From: Cladosporium halotolerans
Taxonomy: Eukaryota
Length of the DNA stretch: 64,000 bases
Assembly: GCF_011745625.1 (NCBI RefSeq)
Contig: NW_027191457.1
Span: forward strand, 558,001-622,000
Reading direction: 5' to 3'
Below are positions 35,101 to 47,467 of the stretch, in pieces. A program made the translations under genes and the position numbers. Each line of letters opens with the position of its first letter. Position 1 is the stretch's first letter. The notes beneath the pieces were generated by a model that did not search any database, was not told the origin of the DNA, and was given only the letters and a program-made list of their open reading frames with translations.

Positions 35101-38100
35101 TAATGGCAAATTCGCTGGCCTTGAAAGGTGTGTCTTGCATATCTACACTCATCAGAAGCAGGTGAGAGAGCTCGACAACATGCACAGGGCTAACACCACC
35201 CTTGCGCAGGAAGTTGGTCCAGTCCTTCTGGGTGCTCTTGTCGTAGATGCGGTACTTGAAGTCGTACGGCAGCAAGTTCTGCACCTCAATGGGGGCAGAA
35301 ATACGGATACGCATGTAAGGGTAAACACTGCCATACCGTCAGTCACGTTACGAGGCCAAGAGTATAGGCCTGAGCTTACCTTGTGAGAGGGTTGTTCTTG
35401 TCAAACGAAGCTTGCATCTGGAAATAGAAAGGAGGCGAGTGTTCATCCTGCTCCCCCTGACACTTCAGCGTTCTAATCGGACGCTTGAGCAGATCCTTCC
35501 AGAACAGACGCTCGTCAGACCAAGTGTACCCGAAGCCTTGGTCGGGCCTGACCACCAGCGAATGCATGAAAGCCGCACCCACAGGTGACGGCCTAGCCTC
35601 GCCAGGCGCAATCTTTTCGATCTTGAGCAAGTGGCCCTCGTCAGGGCTGAACACACCCAGCTCGACAGGGATCTGCGTGTGGTTCTCGACGAGCAGCGGC
35701 GAACGGATGGTGATGTACTTGACGTTGTCAGTGCCGAGCTTGACCTCGACGAGCATGCGGTGCTGGATCTTGTCCTTGCGAGGCTTGAGGTTGTAAAGAG
35801 ACTCGCCCTCACGGCTGACGGGAATGCGATCGACGCTGTCGAATCCACTGCCCTCGAGCTTGACGCCGATGAGGCCGAGTTGTCCCTCGGGAGATAGAGT
35901 CTCACGCGTGGTAGTGGGATCCTCGAAACGCCACGGCCTTTCCTCGCCGTCTGTCAGCTTAGCGGCCTGGCCTTCATCGTCGACCTCTCCACTGCTCCAG
36001 ACGTTGAGATCGAAGCCAGTGTAGTTCCGAATGCGGTAGGGTGCGTCGTTGCCGCGCGGCTTCGACAGAACGTCTTCTTCAGAAGACAAGAACTGCGCGG
36101 ACTTGGACGCCAGCGCGATAGTCGCCGCAGTGACGGTCAGCTCGAGGCTCTTGCGTGAGTACAGCTCGACAGCAAGCTTGTCTGGGTTTGTCTCCTTCGC
36201 CATGTGGAATCCGAGCTGCCAGGGTTCGATCAACGGCTCCCAGGCAGACTTGGAGAAGTTGTAAACATTGATGAAAGTGTCAATGCTGGTGTCCGCACTC
36301 ATATTGCCAGTCCAATCGCGCACCTCCACGCCGAACTTCTTGACGCTCCAATCGATCATGGGCAGCTCGTGGAGGTCGCCAATCAGGACGACGCGGATGC
36401 CGTCCATCTGAATGGTCATCTCCTCACGCTTCAAGACAGCAGAGCCCTCGAGCTGACGCTGCTCCTCCTTCTTAGCTTGCGTCTTGTGAGTCTTGATCGT
36501 CTTCGCCTGCACCTTCTGCGTGGAGTGCACAGTCTTCCTCATGGACTTGTTGTCCTTTGCTTTGGTTGAGGCCGCCTTCACCTGGGCGATCTTCTTGGGC
36601 CCCTCTTCCTGAATCTTGGCATCTTGGTTTGTAGACATGGCAGACGCTCTGTTCACGATTTGCATCGCGAGCAAAATGTCTCGAAGAGAAAGACGCAACA
36701 CCAGAGGCCCAATGTCGACGTTTATACTCATGAGAGACGAGCCCTTGCCACGAGACTGCATATCCAGCGACGTCTGAATGCTGAAGTCGTCGAGGATGCG
36801 GAGTTGAGTAGTCTCAAACTGGTCCATCCGGCAAAGGAACATGCCAATCTTCTCCACCTGCAGTGTCATGGCGTGCTGCTGCGATACGAGCACCTGCTTT
36901 GTACCAAGGACGATTGCCTCCGAATTGCTGATCGCAGGGTTCGCAATGAGGACGACTTGGGCATCCACGACATTGACGCGATAAGAGATGCTCATCCCAC
37001 TCTCCGCCGGCTTCTGCTCGCCCTGATCGGAGCCACTGCGCTTCGATTGCTGCTGAGTCACGAGGCTGGCGTCGTCTTCTTCCTCTTCTACCGGATCTTC
37101 CTTCTCCTCTTCGACAACAAGAGGCTCGTCTTGAGCTAGACCAGCATTGACGAAGTTCAGGACAGCAAACAAGTAGTCGAGCGCAAGGATGACTCGTGGG
37201 CTGTCGACTGTGAGCAGTGCAATCAGATTACGCTCTTCGCCGCCAGAAATTGACACAGAGGCCATGAACTGCTGCTTGACGTCTGCGTTGATGAGCGACA
37301 TGATCTTCCTGTACTTGATCTTCTCATTGCGTGTGTCGGTAATAGTAAAGGACTGGACGAGCAGCTCGCTCTCAAGCGCGCCGTCGCTGATCATGCGCAA
37401 CTTCACACTTGTCTCGTTGAGTGTGAACTTGGACAAGCTCGCTGCCTCCAGGTCGCCGATAGGCTGGTCGACAGGGCCCGAAATGAGTTCTAAGCCGATC
37501 GCGCCGACCTTGAAGATGAGATCCATCTTGGTCCAAGTCTCGGTATCTGTCCCAAGCTCAGGCCCAAGATGAGATGGCTTCTCAGCCTCGCTATTTGTAG
37601 ACGAGACCTCCGTAGAGGTTTCTGCAGATTGAGAGGGGAGCGCAACTGAGTCGGGGACCTCGTTGATGACTTCCTCCTCCAGCTCCTCGTCGTCTTCGAG
37701 GGCAAAAGCCGATGGGATTGACCTGGTCAACTCCATGACAAACTTCAACTGCGCTTCGGACACGCGCAAGTTAATGTTGCTCATCGCACCCTCAACCTCA
37801 GTATCGGGTCGCTCTCTGCCAGGCTTGTGGTCGGCTTGCGTAATGTTGAAATCGATGTCAACCTTGTCAATGAGTTCAAGCTCTTCGGACTTCTCATCAG
37901 CGTAGTGAAACTTCGACGTCAGGCGAATGTTGCGAACACCCGCCGAGAGCTTGTTGGCGGTATCGGCGTCCTTGGTATCATCAAGCGGAACGAACTTGTT
38001 GTTGGCGTAGATCTCACCAAGGTACGCAGTCATCAGATCGCGCTCTGGGTTCTCGGTGATGACCATGCGAGGGAAGGCAACGATGGGGGTCTTGACGAGG

Positions 38101-41100
38101 ATGTCGAAATGCATCTTGCTCGCGGACCCTTGAACCTTGCTCGCTTGGTTTGCAGCGGCTTCCCGCGCTGCGTTGAAGATCGCCTGCATCTTGCCGAACT
38201 TGACGCCGAACTCCATGATCTTGCGGAAGGGCTCGGTGACGAAGTTGACTTTGAGCGAGCCAGCGCGCAGGAAGATTGACGTATCGTATCCAGGATAAGA
38301 TTCGGATTCCGCGTCAAAGGTCTCGTAGCGGAAGTCTGCAAGCTCGTCACCTTGGATTGAGACGAGTTGCCTCAGGGACGACTTCTCATGCACGCCTTGG
38401 TTGACATCATCAATGAGACTGAGGTTACCAAGCCTGGCGCTGACGTTCATTGTCTTGCCCATGAGGAAGACTCCGACCTCAGCAGAGCTCAAGCTCAAAG
38501 TCGCCAATCTAATGCCATCGTTGTTCAGAATGACGGCAACGCGTTTGAGCTCAGCTTTGATGCGAATCTTTTCCTGCTCGACAGGCTTTGCAACTTCCTC
38601 TTCCTTATGGCCGTCCTCGATCTCATTGGGCTTCTTTTGTTGACTGCTGTCATCAGGGGAAGCGAAAGTCGTCATGACGAAGTCGAGGAGCGTCAGCAGC
38701 GTCTTGCGAGTCACCATGAGATTGATCGTTGAGACCGCAGCATCCAAGTTGGTTGCGATGCCTTCGTACTTGCTCTGGAACTCAGGGTGGTCCTTGTTCA
38801 CTTTCTGGAAAGACAGCGTCAACAGGTCTTCCTGCTTCTGAGCGAAGAGATCCTCGCTGGAAATGAGATTCTTGAACTCCGGCGCCGGTGACTCCTCAAC
38901 ATGGTCCTCCACCACTAAAGTCCGGAGCTTGACATCGGCAGCCATGTCGAAAGGCCTCTGGTAGAATTCGAGCCCGAAGGTTTCCGCAATGAGGTCGACG
39001 AGCAGCTGATCAGGCTTCTTTCCCTCAGGATCAGCCTTGTACAAGGAGCCCTGCAATTTGTCGACGGTGAACTTAAATTCGAAATTGCGCTGATTGGGCT
39101 TGACTCCCGACTGCTTCTGGCCGTGGCCGGACTGATACTGCTCTTGCTCCTTCTTGCGAGCCGCCTTGCCATGCTCTTCGTCGTCTTGCACAAGCTCGGC
39201 ATCGGCATCGGCTGAGGAGATGGATTTCGCCCTTGATCTTCCGGGCTGGTCCATGATGCTCTTCGATCGCGGACGCGACTGCTGACCTGCAGATACAGGC
39301 CGGTTCTTCTGGTCAGGCTTTGGCTCATCAAATTTGGGAATGGCAAAGTCCAGTAGCTTCATCAAAGATTTGTACTTGGCATCAGAGATCATGGCGTGCA
39401 GCACGGGCAAGTGGCCATCAATGCTGAATTTCGTCAGCTCAGACGCCTTGGGCACAATGCAAGCCGCGATTTCGAAGTCCATATTGATACGGTCGACAAT
39501 GTGGAAGTTTCGTGACGAGTCTTTGGCCTCCAAGGTCTTACGTGTCTCCTCGATGGTCGAACCGATGAGGACCTGTGTGTTCTCAAGGCGTAAGATAAAC
39601 TTGTCGTACATCAAGTCCTTGAGCTGTTTGTAATCTTGATCGGTGTATTGCTGCTTTTGCTTGGACTGCACCTCTGACAGAGTTTGTTTGTCAATCAAAT
39701 TGCTCCTCACACTGGCATGACCGGCGTCGAGAATGAGACATATCGAGCTCTTGGCAGTGACGGAATCGGGGACGATGATGAGCGGTGCCTGCAGATCTAG
39801 CTGCACGTCGACGGTCTTATGTTCTGTCAGAGCGTACTCAAGGCCAGCGCGTGTCTGTTGGCGGAGACCTTCGACAGTCGACCCGGCAGTCTCCATGAGA
39901 GCACCGATGGAGTCCATGTGCTTCTCAGGGGGCTTGAAGAACTTCGTGACCTGTACCACGAAGTTAGGATTGTAGATGATCTCCATAGCCTTCAACTTGA
40001 CGACGACGGCCGTGTCGGCGTGGCCGTCGAGAGGGTTCTGCTCGAGTTGCAGGCTGAAGAAGGGCTCTTCATCGTCTTCCTCGTCATCGTCCTTTTCCTG
40101 CTCGTCATCGCCCATTTCCTTGATACGTTGGTCATCTGGAACAGGAGGGGCATCCTTGACTTGAAGCATCTGCTCGTACAAGTTGCCCTCCGTACTGCCA
40201 TCGTACAGTCTCATGCCACCAAGGCTGAGGTCGACCAGTGTAGAGTCAGTTCGCTGGATGAATTCCGTCGAAAAATCGTCGAACAGCAATCGAAGCATGT
40301 CAGTCTTCTTGCCGTGCGGGTCACGCCGCAGAGTGAAGCTTCCTGTCTTGAGGTTCATGTCCACCTGAAGCTTGATCGCTTCTCTCGGCATGTCAACAGC
40401 TTCTGTGAGCTGCTGCTTGTCGTCAAAATCGATGGCCGCGTAGAGCTCCTTCCGTTGTTGGTCATCCATCTGAGTCTCATCCTGAGCTTCTTGGCTCTGT
40501 GACGAGGAGCCCCAAATGTATGAGCCCCAAGTCCGCTTCTCGGGCGCCTTCTTGACTCCGACATTCTCCTTTCGGAGTTGATTGCGAGCCAGTGACCTCC
40601 AGAAACGCAAGTCTTCGTATGCAAGCTTGCGTTCGAGCCGATCGAGGTCCTTGGCTTCATCGGCGGACAGTGTTTCTTCCTTCTTCTTTTTCTTGAACAG
40701 CTCGATGTAGCGTTTGCGATCATCTCTGCGCTCTGCGAAGTAAGCCCAGCTCCAGCGCTTGTTGCGATCGTGAATGCGGTCGAGCACAGCCTTTCCAGCG
40801 AAATGGAGCCACGCCTTGGGGTCTTCCTTGGGCCGTTTCTCTGGCTGGAGCTTCCGGTACTCCTGATGTCTGATGAAATAGTGGAAGAGGTCGACAAGCA
40901 TGAGTGCGTCGCGGTACTGCTCATCATCAAGCACAAAACCGAGCTCGTTGAACAAGAGTCGAGCTTTCGTCTTTGGTCGATCTGTCTTTCCGGTCTTGTC
41001 CATCTCAACACCAGCTCTGCCGGAGACGGGCTTGAGGATGTATTGGTGCTCGCTCACAGCGGGGTCGTCACTCTTGACGATCAATTCGCGGAACTTGGTG

Positions 41101-41828
41101 AGCAGTGTTTGATGATCCAAGCCCTGCTCCTCCGCAGTCTTCTCGCCAGTGCCAGTGCCGAGTAGCTTAGCGTCTGTGTCCCAATACACAGCAAGCGAGC
41201 CGAGAGTTGCAAGTTTGTGAGTCGTGCCGCTGGTGCTCTGAATCCAGGTGGGCCTCCAGTTCTCGTCCGTCGACACCGCACTCAGCTCCTGCAGGGTGAG
41301 ACCTGCAGCGAAGGGGTGTCCAGGGTCCGAGAGAGCGTCCTCATAGCGGATGTGCACGTTCTTGACCGAGATCTGCACGTTGTCGATGATCGTGGTCGTT
41401 AAGGCAGCAGTGAAAGACTGGTTCTTCTGCTGCTCTTCCTTGGACATGCCCTCAGTGTTCCGCTCTTTCAACAACTCTGCCGAGTCCAGCTTCTCCATCT
41501 TGACTGCATGTGCGCGCTTCTCTTCCTCCTCTGCATTGTACTCTTGGTCCTCTTTGGGCGCAGCGAGTAGGAACAGGTCCTCTATGCTGATGCGCACCGG
41601 CTTTCCTCGCAAATTCGACCATGGTATTGAGAGCACGAGCGAACCGATGTGTCCTTCTATGACGTTCAACGGCAGGTGGATCTGATCGAGGGCCTCACGG
41701 CGGAGCTCCAGGTCTCTCAGCTTGACATCTCCAGACCAGATGCCGACGTTGAGCTGCTTTGGATCGAAGTTCCGGACGTACATGCCCAAGAACCTGTTGA
41801 GCAGGTTCGCAACCAAACCTTCCAACAT
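32123..41828 (-). CDS. VPS13: Vacuolar protein sorting 13, bridge-like lipid transfer protein (~3217 aa)
   Basis: Chorein-N start MLEGLVANLLNRFLGMYV...GIWSGDVKL, internal WEPLIEPW, and C-terminal GSADFLGNPVGLF / KGVGKG region. Exons 41828-35380 and 35327-32123; 52-nt intron 35379-35328 (GTAAGC...CTGAC...CAG). Confidence 0.97.
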
Positions 41829-42981
41829 GGCGCAGGTGTGTAGCCGTTACCCGGGCAGGGAAGATTGTGTGTACTGTGTGGGTGGTATTGCGGGAGGTAT
41901 GGATTCCAAAGTTGTCGTCTATATCATAGTATCAAAAGAGGCGGCGGTGGACCTCCTGGAACGGAACCCGCGAGCTGCGCTCTTGCTAGGCAGCTTCGAT
42001 CGCACGTAGATTGAGTCGTGGCTGCGTCAAAAGAAACAAAAAGGTGCCAAGACCGCAGATGGGTACAGGAGCAGCAAGTGAGGATGCAGCCTGCTGTGGT
42101 CTGTGTCTCTCCGACCGATGGCGCGGTGATGGTGAAGAGACGGGTGGGGATGGACGGCGGGACAAGCACACGCTTCACGGCCCACGTTGCGCGTTCGTCT
42201 GTGGACGATCAAGTTTACCGGCGTGGCTGATGACATCACCCACTGGAGGGGCGCATCGCATGTCACCGGGCGTAAGTGAAGGTCGGGCACGTGAGAGAGA
42301 GGTAACAGACATTGTAGGTGGGATGAACATTTTCTTGCCTGGAGCCGATACTGCTGACAGCGCGTCGAGTTGATGACTGCGAGCGAGCGATGCGGCGGAC
42401 TCTGCTGCACCAGACTCACCTGAAGGGTAATGCCGCATAACGTTTCCTCACAGGGATCTCCACGCATCCGAAAGTCTGTGGCTTTTTGGGGAGGATGTTA
42501 AACGTCTATTATTCCGCCGTTCGTGTCATTAGTCGAGCCTGCTAGACCTCTTCAGGGGGATGTCGAAACATGCGATGTGACATAACGTGCTACACCCGGC
42601 CTTGCACTGTCGAAGTATACCTAGGTAGTGATTCCTCGGCGAGATATATCACAAGCCGCACCTTGTGCCACAGACTTTCATCAGATGCTCTCACACCTCG
42701 CTCACAAAGTCGCGGGTAGAGCCGGGAGTCAGCGAGCTTGAAGCTCTGCTCAGCTTCCAGCTCCGAGCGCGCGCGCATCCTGGCACGCCTGGCCGGCCAG
42801 CGCAAAGTTCAGCACGGGACTCCCACGACTTCGGAAACCAGTCGAGGAGCTTGACCTCCTACACTAGCCGTCGCAGCACCACCACTCTCCACTCTACCAC
42901 ATACGAATATCCTCGCTCGCCCAGGTCCGTCGACCTTTCTCGCTACCGTCCGCCCAATCGTCGCGCGCAGCCCCGGTCACA

Positions 42982-44129
42982 ATGCTGCGTTCCGGTGCCT
43001 CCAGGAGCGCCCTGCGCGCCGTCAACACCCCGGCCTTCAAGGTCGCTCAGACGCCCTTCCGCCAGCAGTTCGCTTCGCAGCTATGCACTGCGGCCCGCAG
43101 GCCCCAGGCACTGGCCGCCATGAAGCCATTGGCCCTTGTGCGCATGGCCTCGGGCATGGTTGACAAGGTCGACCTCAAGAAAGAGGCTGAGAAGGCGAAG
43201 GAGACGCTCAAGGCCACCCCGGAGCTCGTCTCTACCGAGTCTTCCACCCGCCCTACTTTCGGCGGCGAGGTCGGTGTCAAGGAGACCCACGATGACCACG
43301 ACATGATGGCTGGTGTCCGCAGCGATATGGTGAGGATCAATGGGTGATAACCTTGCATCAACTCAATACTGATACGAGGCGCGCAGAAAACTATCAAGGA
43401 CACATTCAGCCTGGAGGGCGTCCCCAGGGAGGCCTACTGGATCGGCATGGCTGGTGTCCTGCCCTACATGGCCACCTCTCTCAGCACCGTCTACGCCGCC
43501 TGGGAGATCAACCACGCGGCTGCCACCGGCTCCGGCTTCCTCATGAACGAGAAGTCTGCTGAGCTCTTCCTTCACATCCTCGAGCCTCTCCAGATCGGTT
43601 ACGGCGCTACTGTAAGCATTGGCCCTCCAGCTTGATTTTTCAAACCGAGTGCTTCATATTGACACATGCGCAGATCATTTCCTTCCTCGGTGCCATTCAC
43701 TGGGGTCTCGAGTTCGGTGGCTACGGCGGCCACCTGGGCTACAAGCGCTACCAGATTGGTGTCCTCGCCACTGCTCTCGCCTGGCCCACGATCCTCCTGC
43801 CCGCTGAGTACGCGCTCATCGGACAGTTCCTGATCTTCAACTTCCTGTACTACACCGACTCTCGCGCGACCAAGCGTGGCTGGGCACCCGCCTGGTACGC
43901 CGTGTACCGCTTCGTCCTCACCTTCATCGTCGGTAGCGCCATTGTCGCTTCTCTGATCGGCCGCGGCCAGATCGCCGACCGCATCGGCAAGCTCCCCGGC
44001 CCCGCCGACAAGATCAGGGAGTTCCGCGAGTCCCAGGTCCAGATGATCGAGGAGGAGGAGGAGGCCAGGAGGCAGTTCCTCGGCTCCAAGGACGAGGACG
44101 AGGAGGAAGAGGAGGAGGACGATGAGTAA
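42982..44129 (+). CDS. DUF3429-like mitochondrial membrane protein
   Basis: Exons 42982-43329, 43387-43611 and 43674-44129. Arg/Ala-rich presequence-like N-terminus; motifs GMAGVLPY, YGATIISFLGAIHWG and GWAPAWY...RFVLT; acidic tail. Confidence 0.8.
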
Positions 44130-45718
44130 GCGTCTGCGAGGACTTGACTGTTCTTGTACATCGCGAATGCCATCTATCGAAGGGCCAAACTCCCGGCATT
44201 GTGGGCGCGGGAGACGATCATGGTCTACTTTGGATTGTATATCCTCATGCCACTATACGCGCGGGGGCTTTTTTCTATGTACACTTGTAGCGAAATGGAT
44301 TGTTGTACAACTCGACCCGCACGCATATGCACGCTTTTCACACCGTACAAACGCGCGTTGTCTCGGACGAGAGCAGGTACGGAGCGTTGTGGCGGCCAGC
44401 CGTGTCTTTCAAAGGCTACATTACTCGGACGACCCGGTATAGGCGGTAAGTGTGCCTCGACACGTGGGTCAGAGTCGGCTCAGATAAGATCATGCAGCTC
44501 GGAAAAGGTCTGATAGGCGGTAAGGGGAACTCGGGCGTGCAGACCGGGCCCGACCAAAGTTCATGATTGAATCGATGCCGGCACGTCAGTGAATCTACAC
44601 TACCCGCCAAGCCTCGCAGTAGGGTGAGCCAGGCCCCAATCAAATGACGATTGTGGGAAACACGCCTGCAAGCGTGTGTGGCGTAGGGCAGAGGCGCGCT
44701 GCACTAGAAGAATTCGAGGCAGATCAGAGAGGAAAAAAAGATGATCGCATTGCTCGCCCCATTGCCTTGTGGCCCCGCGCTGTCACCATTGCGTTATCAT
44801 TGCGAGTGTGCGAGGTGGAATTTCTGCGGACGGTCAGGCACGAATGAGCAGCCCCGGCAATCCCGTCCCGGACGAGCCCCAGGCGAGGCGCGCACACACG
44901 TTCGGGAGCGCACGCAACCTCTGGCAGACAGTTCTGGGCCATGCGGAAGAAATGTTGGCGAGCACGGCGCAGAAATGCCGCCAAGCGCCTGCGCCCTCCT
45001 CGTTCCTCCACTCCCCCCCCACTGCCATCAGGCCAGCGAGGCCGCGCACCTCCGCTCCGCTCCTCGGCTGGGGCGACGTGAGGCTTGGGAGCGGAGGCCC
45101 GCCCTCGGCGAGAGCGCGCACGTGAGGCGTGCAGCGCACCGCTCAGATCTTGGTATAGACATTACGACGCCGGCGTCGTCAAACCGCGGCGGACGGACAA
45201 TCTCCCAACGCTTGCGACGCCAAACACGTCTTGGCCGTGGCAGATCAACGCCACACGGTGGGGCGGCGTGCGCACAAAGGCCAGCCCTCCACTGCGCTCG
45301 CAACCCAAACGCGCGCGCTCCACCCGGTCCCGAGGAATAGCGCTGGAGAAATGTGGTCCGCGGGCTCCACCCGCCATTCACTCTGGCATCATTGCTGGCC
45401 CCTCCGAAGAAACTACTCGTTCTGCGCGTGACTGCTGACTGGGCGCAGGATGTCCGTGGCGCCCGCTGCCCGGCACAGGAGGTAGGTTGAGGATTTTTGT
45501 CCCTCGTCGTCTTGTCACTCCTCCCACACCTCATCCTCCGTCTGCCACTGCAATATTCTGTCTCGCTCTGTCTTTCCCGCTCCTCACGGCTCTTCCCCGC
45601 TGCCATTGGGCCCCAAACCGCCTCGCTGCATTGACCACACCCTGCCGCACACTCGCCTCGCCTCAACCACCCCGCCAGAGACCACAGGGACACCAGCGGG
45701 GTTACACACTCAGGAAAT

Positions 45719-47467
45719 ATGAGTGCCGCCGAAGTAGACGTCAAGGATGCGCCGCTGGGCAAGGAGCAGCCGCTCCCGGAGTCCGCGCCGCAGGAACTGA
45801 AGGATGTCGCTAAAAATGCCAACCCTATGCCCGGCAAAGAGAACCAGGGCCAGAAGAAGCCCCAAAGGCCAGGCATGAACCGATTCACCACCTCCAAAGA
45901 AAACGTCCTGTCCACGTTCTTCATCGGCGCAATTGACCAGGGCACCACCAGCACACGATTTATCATTTTCGACGGCGTGGGCCAGCCCGTAGCAAGCCAC
46001 CAGCACGAATTCAAGCAGCACTACCCCGAATCCGGCTGGCACGAGCACGACCCGCAAGAACTCCTGGCCAGTTTGGACCAGTGCATTGAGAAGGCCACCA
46101 CCACTTTCATTGATCTCGGTCACAATGTGAAAGACATCAGAGCAATTGGTCTGACCAACCAGAGAGAAACGGCCCTTGTGTGGGATGCCGAGACCGGCGA
46201 AGCCCTGCACCCCGCTATCGCATGGCCCGATACCAGGACGAAGGCGATGGTCCGTGACTACAAAGAGAAGGAGGATGCAGAGGGACTCGACTTGCAGCAG
46301 CTGACCGGTCTGCCACTGTCGACATACTCATCGTCGGTTAAGCTGGTCTGGCTCCTCGAGAACGTCCCTAGGGTGAAGGAGGCTTACGACGCTGGCCGTC
46401 TGGCTTTCGGCACCGTGGATACCTGGTTGCTGTTCCACCTGAACGGCGGTCTGAAGGGCCAGTACTTCGTCACAGACTCGACGAACGCGTCGCGTACGGG
46501 TTTCATGAACCTGCACACCCTGAAGTACGACGACAAGCTGCTCAGCTTCTTTGGGCTGGACCGTGAGAAGCTGCACTTGCCTCAGATCGTGCCGTCGTCA
46601 GACGCAAAGGCCTACGGCGCCGTCACCAAGGGCTTGTGCAAGGGCATCAAGATCGCAGGATGTCTCGGTGACCAGTCCGCTGCGCTGGTCGGTCAGCAAG
46701 GTTTCACTCCCGGCTCTGCGAAGAACACCTACGGTACAGGATGCTTCATGTTGTACAACGTGGGTGAGAAGCCCGTCATCAGTCACCACGGTCTGCTCGC
46801 GACTGTCGCATACGACTTTGGCGGCAAGCGCAAGCCTGCGTACGCTCTGGAAGGCTCTGTCGCTGTCGCCGGCTCTGGTGTGAAGTTCCTCATGAACAAC
46901 ATGGGTTTCATCACGCACTCGCACAAGATCTCCGACCTCGCCGCCACAGTCGAGGACAACGGCGGCTGCGTCTTCGTCACGGCTTTCTCCGGTCTCTTCG
47001 CCCCCTACTGGATCGATGACGCCAAGGGAACCATCTTCGGTATCACCCAGCACACGCAGCGTGGTCACATTGCCCGCGCAACCCTGGAAGCGACGTGCTT
47101 CCAGACCAGAGCCATTCTCAACGCCATGGAGAAGGATTCCGGTCACGCACTGTCCGCACTCGCTGTCGACGGCGGCATGTCCAACTCCGGCCTGTGCATG
47201 CAGACGCAAGCGAACATCATCGGCATCCCCGTCGACCGCCCGTCCATGGCTGAGACAACAGCGCTGGGCGCCGCCATCGCGGCCGGCTTCGCCGTCGGCA
47301 TCTGGAAGGAGTTCGACGAACTCAAGGCCATCAACCAGAAGGACCGCCAGATCTTCAAGCCCGCCGTGTCCAAGGAGGAGAGCGAGAAGATGTTCGCCAA
47401 GTGGGAGCGCGCCGTCAGGATGTGCAAGGGCTGGCTGGATCCGCAGGAGGAGCGCACCGACAACTGA
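45719..47467 (+). CDS. GUT1: Glycerol kinase (FGGY family)
   Basis: Motifs GAIDQGTTSTR, GLTNQRET, GDQSAALVGQ, AKNTYGTGCF, AFSGLFAPYW, VDGGM and ETTALGAA. Single exon. Confidence 0.96.
   Translation: MSAAEVDVKDAPLGKEQPLPESAPQELKDVAKNANPMPGKENQGQKKPQRPGMNRFTTSKENVLSTFFIGAIDQGTTSTRFIIFDGVGQPVASHQHEFKQHYPESGWHEHDPQELLASLDQCIEKATTTFIDLGHNVKDIRAIGLTNQRETALVWDAETGEALHPAIAWPDTRTKAMVRDYKEKEDAEGLDLQQLTGLPLSTYSSSVKLVWLLENVPRVKEAYDAGRLAFGTVDTWLLFHLNGGLKGQYFVTDSTNASRTGFMNLHTLKYDDKLLSFFGLDREKLHLPQIVPSSDAKAYGAVTKGLCKGIKIAGCLGDQSAALVGQQGFTPGSAKNTYGTGCFMLYNVGEKPVISHHGLLATVAYDFGGKRKPAYALEGSVAVAGSGVKFLMNNMGFITHSHKISDLAATVEDNGGCVFVTAFSGLFAPYWIDDAKGTIFGITQHTQRGHIARATLEATCFQTRAILNAMEKDSGHALSALAVDGGMSNSGLCMQTQANIIGIPVDRPSMAETTALGAAIAAGFAVGIWKEFDELKAINQKDRQIFKPAVSKEESEKMFAKWERAVRMCKGWLDPQEERTDN

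Noticed and set aside
44741..45718. Arg/Pro/Ala-rich ORFs upstream of glycerol kinase
   Set aside because: Typical of GC-rich promoter/leader DNA; no coding signal.
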